DNA of 54,891 nucleotides, filler included, from Sphacelaria rigidula (Eukaryota), in the NCBI GenBank assembly GCA_964200075.2. It is 5 parts of 5 records of this genome, joined end to end, with 100 filler letters (N's around TTAATTAATTAA, not from the genome) between each part and the next. Parts side by side here need not be neighbours in the genome. Positions count along the whole stretch, not along the records: positions 11,001 to 21,899 come from CAXNAA020005716.1; positions 22,000 to 32,897 come from CAXNAA020005717.1; 3 more parts are not named here. One strand, given 5' to 3'. Below are positions 12,064 to 24,338 of the stretch, piece by piece. The stretch's first letter is position 1. Each line of letters begins with the position of its first letter. The notes below the pieces were generated by a model. It had not been told where the DNA came from, made no database searches, and worked only from the letters and a program-made list of their open reading frames with translations. The translations under genes were made by a program, and so were the position numbers.

Positions 12064-12660
12064 CTTTTTTATTTTTTAATTCACGTGTGCGTCCCAAGAA
12101 CATATATGGGGAAGAGGGAGAGGGGGGTGCGATAGTACCGAAGTATGCACGGCTACTCACCCGGACTGTAGTGTCTTCACTTATCAGAGACAACGCTCGG
12201 TTCGCGACATCTTCATTTGTGCTAGATATATGTAATCGAGTGGTGACTATCGAAATTACAAAAAGACGCGCGGCTGCATAAGCACTTGATGTGGTTTTAT
12301 CACGCTCACACAAAACGTGTTTGACGCCCGATATTTTCGAAAATGAATAAATAATGCAGGTCACGGACACGCCCGCACAGGTGACCAACAAACTCGGGAT
12401 ATTTTGATGATACGCTAAAATAACAGCAATCGGAGTCAACATATCCACTCTGCACACGTAAGGCGTAATTTACTTGAATGGCATGTCAGGAACATATACA
12501 GCTGATCCATAACACACAACACGTGCGTCACAACCACCAACCACCAAGTCACGCCTGACTGGACACGCGGAGTCAGACAAGGAACAACAAGAGCGATCTA
12601 CAGAGCGGACACACCAGGGCACAGCTAAACGACATGAGCAGCAATGTCCAGTCGACGTAC

Positions 12661-15600
12661 ATCCGAAGGCGAGTCCTGGGCCTCAGAAAACAATGCATCC
12701 AGTGGGCCGGAAACAGGTAAAGAGGTCACGCGCTCCGGCAAGACGTTCCGAAGTACGGGTGGGATGATCGTCACGGCCGCACCGACACCTAGTAAAGTCG
12801 TAAAGTACTGCTCGTGAAAGTCAGGGTTTGGCCAAGGTGTGCAACGCGATTGCGGAGCATTCGCGGGGATCGAAGACGACGGCATCAGCGGCGGCGGCAG
12901 GAGAGGGAGGGACGAGACGGGGGTGTTCTCAGGACAATAACTGATGATCACAAAACATAGATGCTGTAGCTTGACATAATCCTCGTGCGCGTTGTGGACC
13001 CTGGCTTACTCAGGCCGCTTCTTTTAGACTGAAAAAAATCTCTCTGAGAACTGCCGTTTTGAACCCTTCATCACGGATTTTTGGCGGAATACGGGTCTTG
13101 GCGGATTGGGCCTCCTCGGGAAGATTTGCTATATGTTTCACGAGGATTCTAGCGTACTTTTCCGATTGCTCGTACGCCCAAGCTTTACTTTTGACAGGAT
13201 CCTGATTTTTTGCCGTCGCCCCCAAAATCGTCCAGTTGTCTGAAAAAATACGTACTTTTCCCCGACAGCTCGAAGTTTTGGGGGGCGACTGGAAAAATCC
13301 AGATTCCGGCCAAGAGTAAGACTGGGCGTACGAAAGATTGGACAGGCGCGCTGGAATCCTTGTGAGGAATACAGAAAATCTTCGCGAGGACGCCCAATTT
13401 GCCAATGCCCGGATTCCGCCAATATTCCGCATTGAAAGGTTTACAAGGGCGGTTCTCGGAGAGTTTTTCTTTTAGTCTATCAGAGGCGGCCTCAGCTACT
13501 TGTTTGAATCTCCATCATGACAGGGGGGGAAGGGTGTAACTTGGAGGGTGCCGTAACTTGGAAGCCACGGATACGGCATCCCACGGACCAAGAGATGTGA
13601 GGGCAAGGAATAATGAGTTGACTTGTGTTGCATGAAACATCGCACTCTGTGTCGAGGGACAAGCAGCCAAAACATGATCTTTCGGACACGGTATGCGTAT
13701 TGAGTGCAAAGTGCGCTGGAGTGAAAACGAGCGATTCCTCGGTGACTGACGGCGACAAACCTACCTGTTGCGAAATGGAGGGTAGATCGCACTCACAGAT
13801 GACTTGCGTTGATGTGTCGGGTATACTGGTGACCGGTCGCCCCGGTGGCTCAGTTGGTAACTTCGAAATCTTCTGACGTTTGGGTCGTGGGTTCAAATCT
13901 CGGAGCAATCTGGGTTTTTTTCTCACACAGTGCCCAACAGTGGATAGCGACCATGTCATGGGTACACGAAATTTGACTTCACGGTCGACGAGGGAAAGGG
14001 AACGCTTAGCCCCTCTCGCGATAAAAAATAAAGGCAAGCACCGCAGAAGGAAGGTGGAGAACTAAAACAGACAAACAAGAAAAAAACTCGTGTGTTGACC
14101 TTCTTCTTGTGTGACTCCGGCTGGTGTGCCCATACAAACCGAAAGGTGTAGACCGGCGTCCAGAAAAGATGGGACGACAACACACTGTTGGAAAAAAGCA
14201 ATGCACGTCCACGTCGTATTTGAAGGAGAGGGGTGCAATTCCTTGGCAGATACAACGTGGCGTCGGTGTTGCGTGCGACAACCACACGACCGACTCGTGG
14301 CCAACTGTTACATCCGTCATAATTTAACGCGTGAGACGCACCTACCGTGTTTGTCTGGATATTGCAACTCCTGCAATCAGGTGGCAAGTATGCACAACTC
14401 CTGCAATGTCGAAACCTAGGCCACGCTGCCGACAGGTTTAGTTTTAAAGTTTATCTCGTCAAGCCAATCCATGAACACGATCCTTGATGCCGCTTCTTGA
14501 TAATATCGGTAACGAAAAACGTATGGTAATACCTGGGGGTGTTTTTCCCTTGACAACTACGGTACGGATGGCGTTCAACTGAAGCAACGAACAACCCACG
14601 CAAACTCGTGGTCGGGAGTTTTTTCAGGCGCCCATTGGATCGCCTCCTAAAGGAGCGCAACTGAAGGTGAGGTTGTACAAACATTTTGTGTCGCGCCGTA
14701 AGGCGTGCTTTCCGCAACTTCGCCCTCACCTGGTACGCCACCCCAAAACTTATGTTGGTGTACTTGAGGACTAGAAATATGCCGAAAAGAGACACAGAGC
14801 TCACTACCGGGGCCGTGAAGGCCTGCTTCGTGGTGATAACCGTTCGTTCCTGAAAACGCACAACGACAAAGTAAAGGAAAAGCGAACGGCGCCACCACTA
14901 GTTCAGCGCACTGCACAGCCCTCATGTGCCACATTCGTACTTCATAGATCGGAACGCCGGCGCAAGGGACACGGCTAATAATCTTGGACGCTGACATACT
15001 GAGTGGTGTAGCACGGTGGACAAAACAATGTAGGTGGACAAACCTTGTGCCTCTACATGGGCACGTCAACGTCAGGCAATTCCGGCAGGAATATGGGTTT
15101 ACATACATACGGAACCGGAACCTAGGCAATTTCATTACTCGGGATATCTCGATATTCCAGCCATGACGACGCACGGTCTGTCCTGCTTTGTATCGACGCT
15201 ACTCCTCACGAGCCCTGGCCGTTCTACTCTCGTTTCTGCGCACAACTCTTTCCGGACCACATCTTCAATTCGACAGTTTTTTCAAAAACATGCTGGATAT
15301 TCCAAAATGGGGTCCATCACCAATAATGCCAAGTCGTGCCTATCAACCGAGCTTTACGTCAAGAGCACAAGCCGCCTCACATAAGGGATGTCCTGGCGCT
15401 TGGATCCAAGGTACACTGTGCTGACCGCCAGCAGGCCGAAGTACAGGAAGGACGCGTACTTGTACTGGATCAACAGGGTTGGGAGTAGCTGCAACGCGAA
15501 CAGAGTGATGTATCTGTTGTGGACGAAACGGGCACATTGCAATTGCGTGAACGAATGGAGCAGAGGAGAGGCCAAGACAACCATGCCCATTCTCGAGGCT

Positions 15601-17068
15601 GCCACACCTATGGTCCCTATTTTTCGACATGTACGGTTACGGTGCACTGATATCCGCAGTCGAGAACCCTGCAAATGCACACGTTGCGCATGGCACCTCA
15701 CGCATTTTCCTTGCTCGAAGGTTCTCGGCAGGCCTTGGTTTGGGATTTGGCTCACAGGCAGTTGAGGTTTTTGGAGACAAAACAAGCAGATATGGGTCAA
15801 GCACGGATTTTCAGAAGCGGGTAGGCGAGAGCGAGACTGTGGAGTGTGCCCCAAGGAAAATGTGCGCCCACAGAGCTTGAATCGGCACATGCAACACCGA
15901 TTTTATAATAGCACGAACGCGTCCTGCGCATGGCGACGACTAAGTGGGACCGTCCGGGCTCTCGACTTCCGAGCTTCAGGGTCCAAGCTAAAATCGAGTA
16001 TGTTTCAACAATGATCTTCTGGTGACGGGTTTCCGTAGAGTCTAGGTTGTTGCTGGACTGGAGTAGGTGCTCTTGCTGTCCGACCTAGTGTGTGTTAAAC
16101 ATTGTACGTATACGAAATATTCTCAGGCGTACCATGAAACATTTTCGTCCAAATTGCAAGATGTGTTGAAACGGCAGCAGAAACGGTCCCTCGTCGTGGG
16201 AGCAGGGGACACCTCAATATCTGCCACAAAGCAATGTGCAGTGTTCACTTCCGGTATACGCAAGTATAGGACGACGTCAACACCAGTATTCGCGGGAAAT
16301 AGCGCCGCAACTCACCCATCAAAAGTCGAATACAGACACTGTGCATCCAGTAAATGCTGGATTGTTTTCATAAATCATCATCCACACAGCACCGTGAACA
16401 TTTAAAATTGAAACTGTTCAGCGACGGACGGGCTTACAGTACCATCATCTTCTTTCGGTCGTACTTTCCCTGGGGGCCGACTGCACGAGTATACAGCTTT
16501 CAACCACAGTCGTCCTCTGGGGTGTGGTGGTTATGAGGGCGCGAGCAAGCAGGTGAATATATTAGGCTAGTATTGCCATACCATGCACCCGAGAGCAACT
16601 GCAGCGTTACTGAGCTATACTCTTGGACCTGTGAAAGAGAACCAGCGCAGTTGGTATACGCACATTTCAATTCTCAGCGTCAAAGTTTGGTATCTTTCTG
16701 ACTCGACACCAATGACCGCACACACATCACCGGCGTCAACACATCTGGATCCCACCAAGGCATGACAGCATGACTCACATGCCTTTATCCTCTTCCACAA
16801 GCCGCGCCTCAACCGCCTCTGGCTCGACTTTCCCCTCAGTCCCTTTCATCACCAAAGGTGTCGTTTCTCTAGTACTACTCCCCGTAGCTGTCATGGTCAC
16901 ACCGCACCCCCCACGCTGGCGCACTATCCTATGGCCTGTCATGATACTGTTCCTGGCGGCAGTTGGAGATTTCTGAAGGCCCTGGTGAGTGAATCTGGGG
17001 GGTGTAAAACAAAGAACATTGCCCAGGGATGCGAATAGCACTATCGGGATGCATCTTGAGCCCCTCAT
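12661..17068 (-). CDS. Signal peptide peptidase-like (peptidase A22B) protein with bipartite plastid-type presequence; 5' part only
   Basis: Phase-consistent GT-AG exons 17068-16779, 15513-15381, 14849-14730, 12807-12661 give MRGSRCIPIVLFASLGNVLC-FTPP...EEDKGIYITLFALQLLP...STVYLGSKRQDIPYERTVITTKQAFTAPVVSSVSLFGIFLVLKY...YFTTLLGV, matching the SPP N-terminal pattern (YxGS...IT..A..P..S..LFG.F...K). Catalytic YD/GxGD/PAL exons are not in the contig. Confidence 0.8.
13013..13491. mobile_element. PIF/Harbinger (Tourist-like) foldback MITE with TCA TSD
   Basis: TCA|GGCCGCTTCTTTTAGACTGAAAA ... TTTTAGTCTATCAGAGGCGGCC|TCA; the two halves are imperfect reverse complements along almost the whole length. 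Confidence 0.85.
13839..14185 (+). mobile_element. tRNA-derived SINE
   Basis: Head GCCCCGGTGGCTCAGTTGGTA (A box) and GGTTCAAATC (B box, ~13890) without an intact anticodon arm; the body and tail have a second copy at 50447-50650. Confidence 0.8.
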
Positions 17069-17459
17069 GATCTGCGAACGACAGGGAAAGGGTAAGGCGA
17101 ACAAGAACACGTGTTTGAGGATGCAATGACTTTCATGTTTCTCCGCACTATACTAGTAAGATAATTACAGTACGTCCCGTTGGTGGATTGGAATGATCGC
17201 ATAATTATCTTCTTTCGTGTTATCGTCACATTGTAAATATCGCACATCTCTCGTCTCCTGCAACGTGGTTATCGACGAGTTATTTTTGGGTACAGAAAAT
17301 TTACGTGTCACAGAGGAGGATACTCTCTTCAGAGGTAGAATGTGTGTGATGCATTTGACAAGTTGTGCCGCATTAGACTTGGTCATACTTTTTGGGTGCA
17401 TGATTTTTCATGAGCTGGTTGCAATCCCAATCGTTAGAGGAGGTAGTGCTGAGAACATC

Positions 17460-17770
17460 ATGATGCCACGGTTACTGTCTTGCACGGTTGGTATTGCTCT
17501 GGCATTTTTCATATTCTCCGTCGAAGGTACCGCGTTCGTTGTTCCGTGCTCGCTGCCGCGTATTGTATCGCGCTTCAGGCCAATAGGCACCGCGTTGCCC
17601 CCTACGAAGACAGCTCTTGAAGCATCAGATAACACAGCGGATGTCGACATAGATGCTCCTGTAGTTGCTGTAGAAGGCGGAGTTGACGTAACGATTAAGA
17701 GCGAGCCGTGTGAGGGCTACCCCAACTGCGACGGAGCATACCGAGACAAGGGTTGTGATGGTTCGGGTAG
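17460..17770 (+). CDS. First exon of a putative plastid-targeted small Cys protein resembling SPA/FIP-type DnaJ-like Zn-finger proteins
   Basis: MMPRLLSCTVGIALAFFIFSVEGTA-FVVP (signal peptide plus ASAFAP-like F), basic S/T/P transit region, then CEGYPNCDG...GCDGSGR ending at the donor AG|GTGAGT. The expected following GG...WWPIK.YRPCP exon was not found in this contig. Confidence 0.62.
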
Positions 17771-20419
17771 GTGAGTGCTGACAATGGAGCATATGTTCAG
17801 TCCTGTGTGTTGTGGTGATACGTAATCTGACTTGGTTCACTGGATTCGTCCTGTAAGTTCCAGTTCAGCCACGGAACCGGTCCACTGAGAATAACCCCTG
17901 CTTGCGTCGACGACTCGTACCGATTCTGAGCAGTGCGGAACTCTGCCTGTATTTGCGCTGCTGGGATTGCTGTGGGGTATGTAATCGAGCTCATGTCTCG
18001 AGAAAACTCGCGTTTTCGAATATCTTATGCTCGGTCAAAGTAGGACTTCGTTTGTTCCTAGTGGGCCGAGTCTGTATATAGCATGGGCCATGAAGACATT
18101 CGCCGACTATCAACCCTCTGCAGGCTCGGGTGTAGTCGGACGCTGAACGGGTAGACTTGTAAGAAGAGTGGAATGTTTGTTTTCGATGCGGAGTTGACGC
18201 CAGCATAGCACAGGCTGCTGTCAAGCATGTATCACGCATCGTGTTCATGCTCGCTCCGCAGCCAGCATCACGTTGCCATCTCCGGACAGCAAAACAACAG
18301 CACTAGCCTTGCACGCACGAAGATATCAGTAAACACAGCTGATGCATGAGCACAGAAACATGTACCCTCGTCCCCTCAATCATAGCAAAGGGTACAGGAC
18401 TGTTGTCTCGAACATGTTTTTTCGCCACTCTCTTTGGTCCCAGTCCATATCCCGTTATCTTTTATTCTGCGCCTACAGAAACCACATTCACAACTCGTGG
18501 GACTCTCAGGGGCAACATATGGAGCAGAAAGTATGACCTTTCAAGAGTCCTCCGCCGAAGTATAATAAAACCAAAATATGCCGGAATGCCCGCCCAATAT
18601 TTGTGACCGTCCGCAATTGGCCCGCATATAAAAGTCATTGCACTTTAGAGTTTTAATTTCTCGACAGTGAGCACAGTCACCCTCCATGGAATTTGGTGCA
18701 CTAGTTGGACACAAGACAGGGAATATATGCACCGGAGAGCAGCTCCTTTCGACCACCGAGCAAATGAAACAAAGCGAATACCGTCGATACGCCCTCAAGA
18801 CGGGTATATCACAGCTCAGATCCTGTGCACTGTGACTGACTGCATATCTGGACATGGTGGTTCACCCACGTGATGATCACCTGGGAGGGTGCAGTGCTGG
18901 CAAACGAGCATAGATCAGTACTGGCGCACCCTCTGGGTGATGACAATTTGTAGAAAATTCATTCCGGTATCGCCTGTAGAGATGTCCAGCGCGGGAGGCA
19001 CGGTCACACGCACGCTGTCGTCTCTGCAATGCCGTGAAACTTCGGTCCCGTGCCATGTAAACCGCAATGAACAAGCCCACGCGTCTGGATCTGAGGTTGG
19101 GCGTTGCAACATTGGTCGAGGGGACGAAAAAAGCTGAGATTCAGTTCCGACACTTTTCTTTCTTGGCGCAGGACTACCAAGGGCTTACTGTTTTTAAAAC
19201 TGGCCAAAAAAAGACACACGTCGTCGTTCTTGGCCTCATCATGGTATTTTGGTCAGCAAGGTTGCACACGTGCAGACAATCAAGGTTTGAATTTTCTAGC
19301 GACGAATAGATGTGCTAAGTGCCCAAAAACAGGTACAAGAGTAGCTTACATCTACAAATTGTGGGCAAGCAATGGCGACGCACAAGGGAAGTATGATGGA
19401 GAAGAACAAGTACACCTTGCGGTTTTGGGCCAACGTAGGATGCAAAACAGCTCTAGTGGATAACTCGCACCTTCGCAGCTGTGGCGGGCACCATCCACTG
19501 ACTTACTTCGGTTATTCATGAGCGCATCCAGGAATAACCGTGGACTTAAACGGGAGACACACTGCCCTTCGTTGACACCGACTTATTCCACCGCACTATG
19601 GTGGTATCGCCGCTGTATTGTGGACACCTATCTCCCGCTGGAGCACATCTGTAATGCTTGGAAGTAGCATAAAATATACCGCGGATATCACCCCCGCTGA
19701 ATTCACCGAACTGCATCTTGGGCTACATGTCTTGAAAGTTGAATTGAGTGCTACCCCTGGTGGATCTGTGGAAAAGGACCATCACAGCGTGCGTTCAGTG
19801 AAAACAACTGAAATCGAATCTGGTACATTTTCGTTCGCGCCGCGAGGAAAACTCGACCATGCCTACACCCTCAAGTCGCCATACGGGAAAAAGGTGTACT
19901 CTATCCTGAACACTGCGCCAGTTTTCTGCTGGGTGGCGTATGTCGCCTCATGTCGTTGGAAAATTCCGGAGCAGCTCTTGTGTTTTCGTGTGTTTGTGAT
20001 CTGTTTTGAGCTCTCGGGGTGTGGGGAAGCGCTGTATTGTCTGTATAGCGTGTACCGCATTCTGACTGAACACATTTCCTGCTTTACTTGCAGGCGTCGC
20101 AAAAAACAAAGCAGACACCATGAAAACCTCGAACAGTAGACTGACGAATGCCAACATGAAAGCTCCAAAATGGATTGGGCTCCGAGTTGCCGGACCATCC
20201 AAGTCCACTGGGCATTCTTGGGCTCCTGAAGGGTAGAGCTGGACGCGCGGTGATGGGCAGCGCCTCGTGAGGTGTGCTCATACAGATAACTTGCGACGGC
20301 CGTGTGTATCTCGTGACTGGAGAACAATAGTAGCTCACATGCCTTGCAACCAATCAGCACATGGGAAAAATACGCGTCATGGAAAGTAACGGCGGGAAGT
20401 TTTCACGGGGTGCGGCGGG

Positions 20420-20982
20420 GGGGAGGGGTGTACCCATGATGTTGCATGTCGTTGTCATATGACCATTGACCTCGCATTCCTACAAAGCCGGGACGGGGCA
20501 CCCCGGGTTTTCTCCGGACCAGGCTCGCAATCAATCACCAAGCGCGAAGCGCCGTGATGTGTTTGGCGAGTCGCAAGAAGGGTAAGCTGCATCCTGCTGA
20601 GATTGTTCGGCTTGAAGCGTACTGATGATCTTGCACTCGGATGACAGCATCCAATGCACTACTCCATTTTCTGGTATCGCCATTTCCAGAGACAGCCCCG
20701 GCTTACACGCTGCCTCATGGGTGTCTCACTATTCAAACACCACGTGGTATGATTATCTCCTTTGCGCGGAGTTGAGGTACTCCCACACCGCACAACATGG
20801 TGTAGCTCGACCACCATCATGGTCACCGCAAGGGAACGCTAGCGCGGGAAAAAAAGCCCACCTGGATGCCTAGCTTACACTGTGAGTGGCGTGTTTTACA
20901 GCGTCATTACCAACCGACGCCAACCCCATAGGACGTCCGTCCCTACAAAGCCGGGACAAAGCACGCCAGGTTTCGGCCGGCG
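20420..20982 (-). mobile_element. ~465-bp-unit repeat element with LINE-like 3' tail (one unit, partial repeat and tail)
   Basis: Homologous to 31938-32897, 48800-49372 and 54800-54891; CCTACAAAGCCGGGAC recurs at ~20479 and ~20942; ends ATGGGTACACCCC on the minus strand. Confidence 0.85.
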
Positions 20983-21751
20983 GGGGGTGGGTGGGATATT
21001 GATGCTGCACAGTAAATCCATGATGGTTACCTTTGGGTTGGAAACAGAAGTTTATTTGTGAGTCGCTGTCGCCAAAGTGGACTACGAGAATCAGATGTGA
21101 GTGCGGTACCTGACTGCAGGTGGTGGCGATGACCTTTGCCGAGTTCAGTCAGTGTCAGAGCCCACCGTACCTTTTTGGCTGTGCTGCACCGTATGGAGGG
21201 GAGTGCATCACCATATGCCACGGGTGAGGCATGCCCCAACGTGCCGGGTCTGTTTGTGCTGCAGCTTCCTCGCAAAGTCCGACCAGCGAAAATTGACATG
21301 ATGAAGAATGGCCGGATTACGACTCGTGGTACACTCTGTACAGGCACAGGCGAGAGGTGATTTATGTCGTCGCTGCACGACCGTCTACAGTGTCGTGCCA
21401 AGCAAAATTGCCGATGCTTTTCACACGGCCAGTACAATCTGATATGTCCACCAGCTTACCAACTGGAAGCTAGCCATGACCGACCTGCAAACTGGGTATG
21501 GTCCGGGTTAAAAATGGTAAGCACGTCGAACGAGCGGGTCATACGAACGCGCAATAAAAAGTATAAAATCAAGCGTTCACGATGTTTTTTGTATCGGTGG
21601 CACGAAGCGACTTTCTACATGTAGGTAGGTATTCGTATCCAACGTCTATGGCTTTTACCGCGAAAGTATTAAGTGCTGCGGTGCAGCCGACAGGCGTGTG
21701 CCATAGACAGGAGCGGTGAGGGTGCAGCGCGAGCGGAAGTACCCGCACTCC

Positions 21752-21899
21752 CATGCTCCTTCTAAAACAATGCGTGGTCAAGAGTCAAACCACTAAGGCA
21801 AGCAACGAATGAGTACCCCCCCCACCCCCCCCCACCGGTGCTCCGTCTCGAAAGGGATGCGTGGTCAATGGCCAAATGACTAAGGCAAGCAACAAATGA
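21752..21899 (+). mobile_element. Two tandem extremely 5'-truncated LINE 3' ends separated by a C-run
   Basis: TGCTCC...TGCGTGGTCAA...ACTAAGGCAAGCAAC(G/A)AATGA twice, matching the reverse complement of 11001-11068. Confidence 0.85.
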
Positions 21900-21999
21900 N
21901 NNNNNNNNNNNNNNNNNNNNNNNNNNNNNNNNNNNNNNNNNNNTTAATTAATTAANNNNNNNNNNNNNNNNNNNNNNNNNNNNNNNNNNNNNNNNNNNN
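21900..21999. other. Artificial contig spacer
   Basis: N44-TTAATTAATTAA-N44. Confidence 0.98.
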
Positions 22000-22009
22000 A
22001 ATGATAATG

Positions 22010-22050
<41 letters not shown>

Positions 22051-22068
22051 GATAATAATAATAATAAA
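22000..22068. repeat. (AATGAT/AAT)n microsatellite
   Basis: Directly visible. Confidence 0.95.
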
Positions 22069-23313
22069 TGATACCGGCCACATCCCCTTCGCTGTCGGAT
22101 AGTCTGAAGCACAGAAAAGTGAGTAGTGCTTCGCGTACTGGCACGGCGGAGCAATTCGTACAGGTGCTTTCAGTACAAAATTGCGTGTTTCCTTCCTGTG
22201 TGACACCACAACAGCATACGACCACGCCGTCGATGGTTCTTGATTGGTATAACGCATATTTCCACCAGTACGCAGAGGTATCGCTCGTGCACGGTACTAA
22301 TCAGCCGCGGCGAACTGCCGCGCCTCCTTGTACGTGCCGGGTCTAGTGTCATGTTGACTTGCCATGATACGCAAGCAATCATGCTGTATAAACCATTGGT
22401 CCGCTGAGTCGAGGGTGGATTACCCATATGCAGTGCATTACCCATGGGGAAAAAATACGGGTAACACAGGCCTAATGAACATGAAATGGCAGAATTCAAC
22501 TCTTTGCCGAGTATTCGTCCCACATTCACTCGAGGGTGGATAATATATAACATATTGTGCACTGCAGGCATCTTGCGCGCATTACAGGTCTGGGAAAAGT
22601 GTGTGTGGTTCAGGCCCCATTACTGCAGATTAATCAACCTTGTTGACTTAGGTAGGTCCCGCATTCATCCGAAGGTGGTGAACATATAGACCGCAAGATG
22701 AGTCTGAGACCGAGACATTCGTCTTTCTGGATCATGCATACTTTTTTCACTTGAAATTAATGCCGATCAGAAGACTAACCTTGCGGTCTGAGGGTTCAGC
22801 ACGCTCACGGAGCTAATGCCTAATTTTCGCACTGGACGCTGGTCGATCCTACAGTTAGCGGAGCAACCTGCGACCAAAACAACACGTGAAGCCACGTCAC
22901 GTCAGCTTCCGCGGAGGTACATTTTAGCTTCCTTTGTAGACTCTGACTCATTGACGAGAGAAAACATCTTTCGAAGCTCTCTGATAATGAGCCTTATCAC
23001 GGTTGTGGAATGTGCTCTTTGAACATACTCCCAACGACTAACCCGTTGTAATATTCGTCCTTTCACCGGCTGGGTTATTACAGTGATAAGGATTCACGCA
23101 GTCACGTTTAAAGTAGACGTTATGCCGATTCCACAAAGGTCTAAGAAGCCCACTCTCAATCCAGTGCTGCATTATCAATCTCGCAAAAACCTTGTCGAGC
23201 GTGAAAGATGTCCCACAGAAAACGTTCCCTGTATTTGTTTTTGTTGCTATCGATTATTTTCACGTTTGCCCGCAATGCCGTCCATCTCTGCACCCCAACA
23301 GGTCTCCTCCGGA

Positions 23314-24300
23314 ATGGCTTTGGTGGATCGTAACCTACTACTCTCCCTGTATGGGTCGACGGGTGGTGCTAAATTCAACTACCGGCGCCGCGTGGTCGAG
23401 TTAAATCTTGGCAACAGCAACCTTCAAGGTATCTTCATTGCCGAATATTGGAACGAGGACCGGGTTCTATCGGTATTTCGAAATATTCAAGGATGTACAC
23501 GTTACACGTTTACGTTTACGTTCACGTTACGTTCATCACGTGAAAATTTTCAGCGTTCCCTTTCGTTACTTGTAACGTAATATGAAACGTTTCGTGTAAC
23601 GTTCGAATGTAAAGTTTCATTAGTGAGTTTGGCGAACAAAAAAAATGGCCGGAAAACCGCGGTGATCAGGTTTTGGAATTGGGATGTAAGGCCAGAATAT
23701 GACGATATGACGTCAAATTGATTTGAAGATTTCCAATTAACACCTGACCTGCTATTATACACCCCCCAAAGCGTCGAGGCCCAACTCGGAATCAGGAAAC
23801 GGAACTAGACACGAGACACACTGCCCCATAACGACCAAGCTTACAGAACACAGTCGTAGGACAAATATCGTGAGTGGGGCGATGGCGGATACTGTGAACG
23901 CCCGTGACGGCGCTGGTGATGGCAGCTCGTTCACGAGGGTTTGAAATCGCGCCTCGCCCAGATGAAAAGCTTTTTGATACCCCTTCAATATCCAATTCCT
24001 GGTCGCCTTGGCCCACACATATTCTACTGAACCGTCGAGCAGGCCCGTTTCCACAATATGTCGACTAAAGTCCTCGTCCGTTGCGTACTCCTCATACGCC
24101 TGTAGAATCAAGCCTATGCCATGGTAATCCCTAGAAGTCCCTACATGAGTCCTGACCCCGGTCATGCTAGCATGAATCGGAAGTCCTATACACCGGGTGC
24201 ATTGTCGGGAAAAGTTGTGAGCCGGTCATGGCCAGTTGAGACCAGGTATCATTTATGGAGTTGAACACATTCTTGCACACTCACACACACGAAAAGAGAG

Positions 24301-24338
<38 letters not shown>

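Noticed and set aside
12059-12457. Hydrophobic ORF as a further SPP exon
   Set aside because: No SPP motif and no convincing splice sites.
13839-13910. Functional tRNA gene
   Set aside because: The anticodon arm and acceptor stem are not intact, and the sequence continues into a repeated SINE body.
19618-20139. 173-aa plus-strand ORF as a gene or as exon 2 of the 17460 gene
   Set aside because: No recognisable motif, non-ATG start and no supporting splice pattern.
20622-20628. CTGATGA hammerhead core in the 465-bp unit
   Set aside because: Other copies read CTGATTA or TTGATTA, and no correctly placed GAAA follows.
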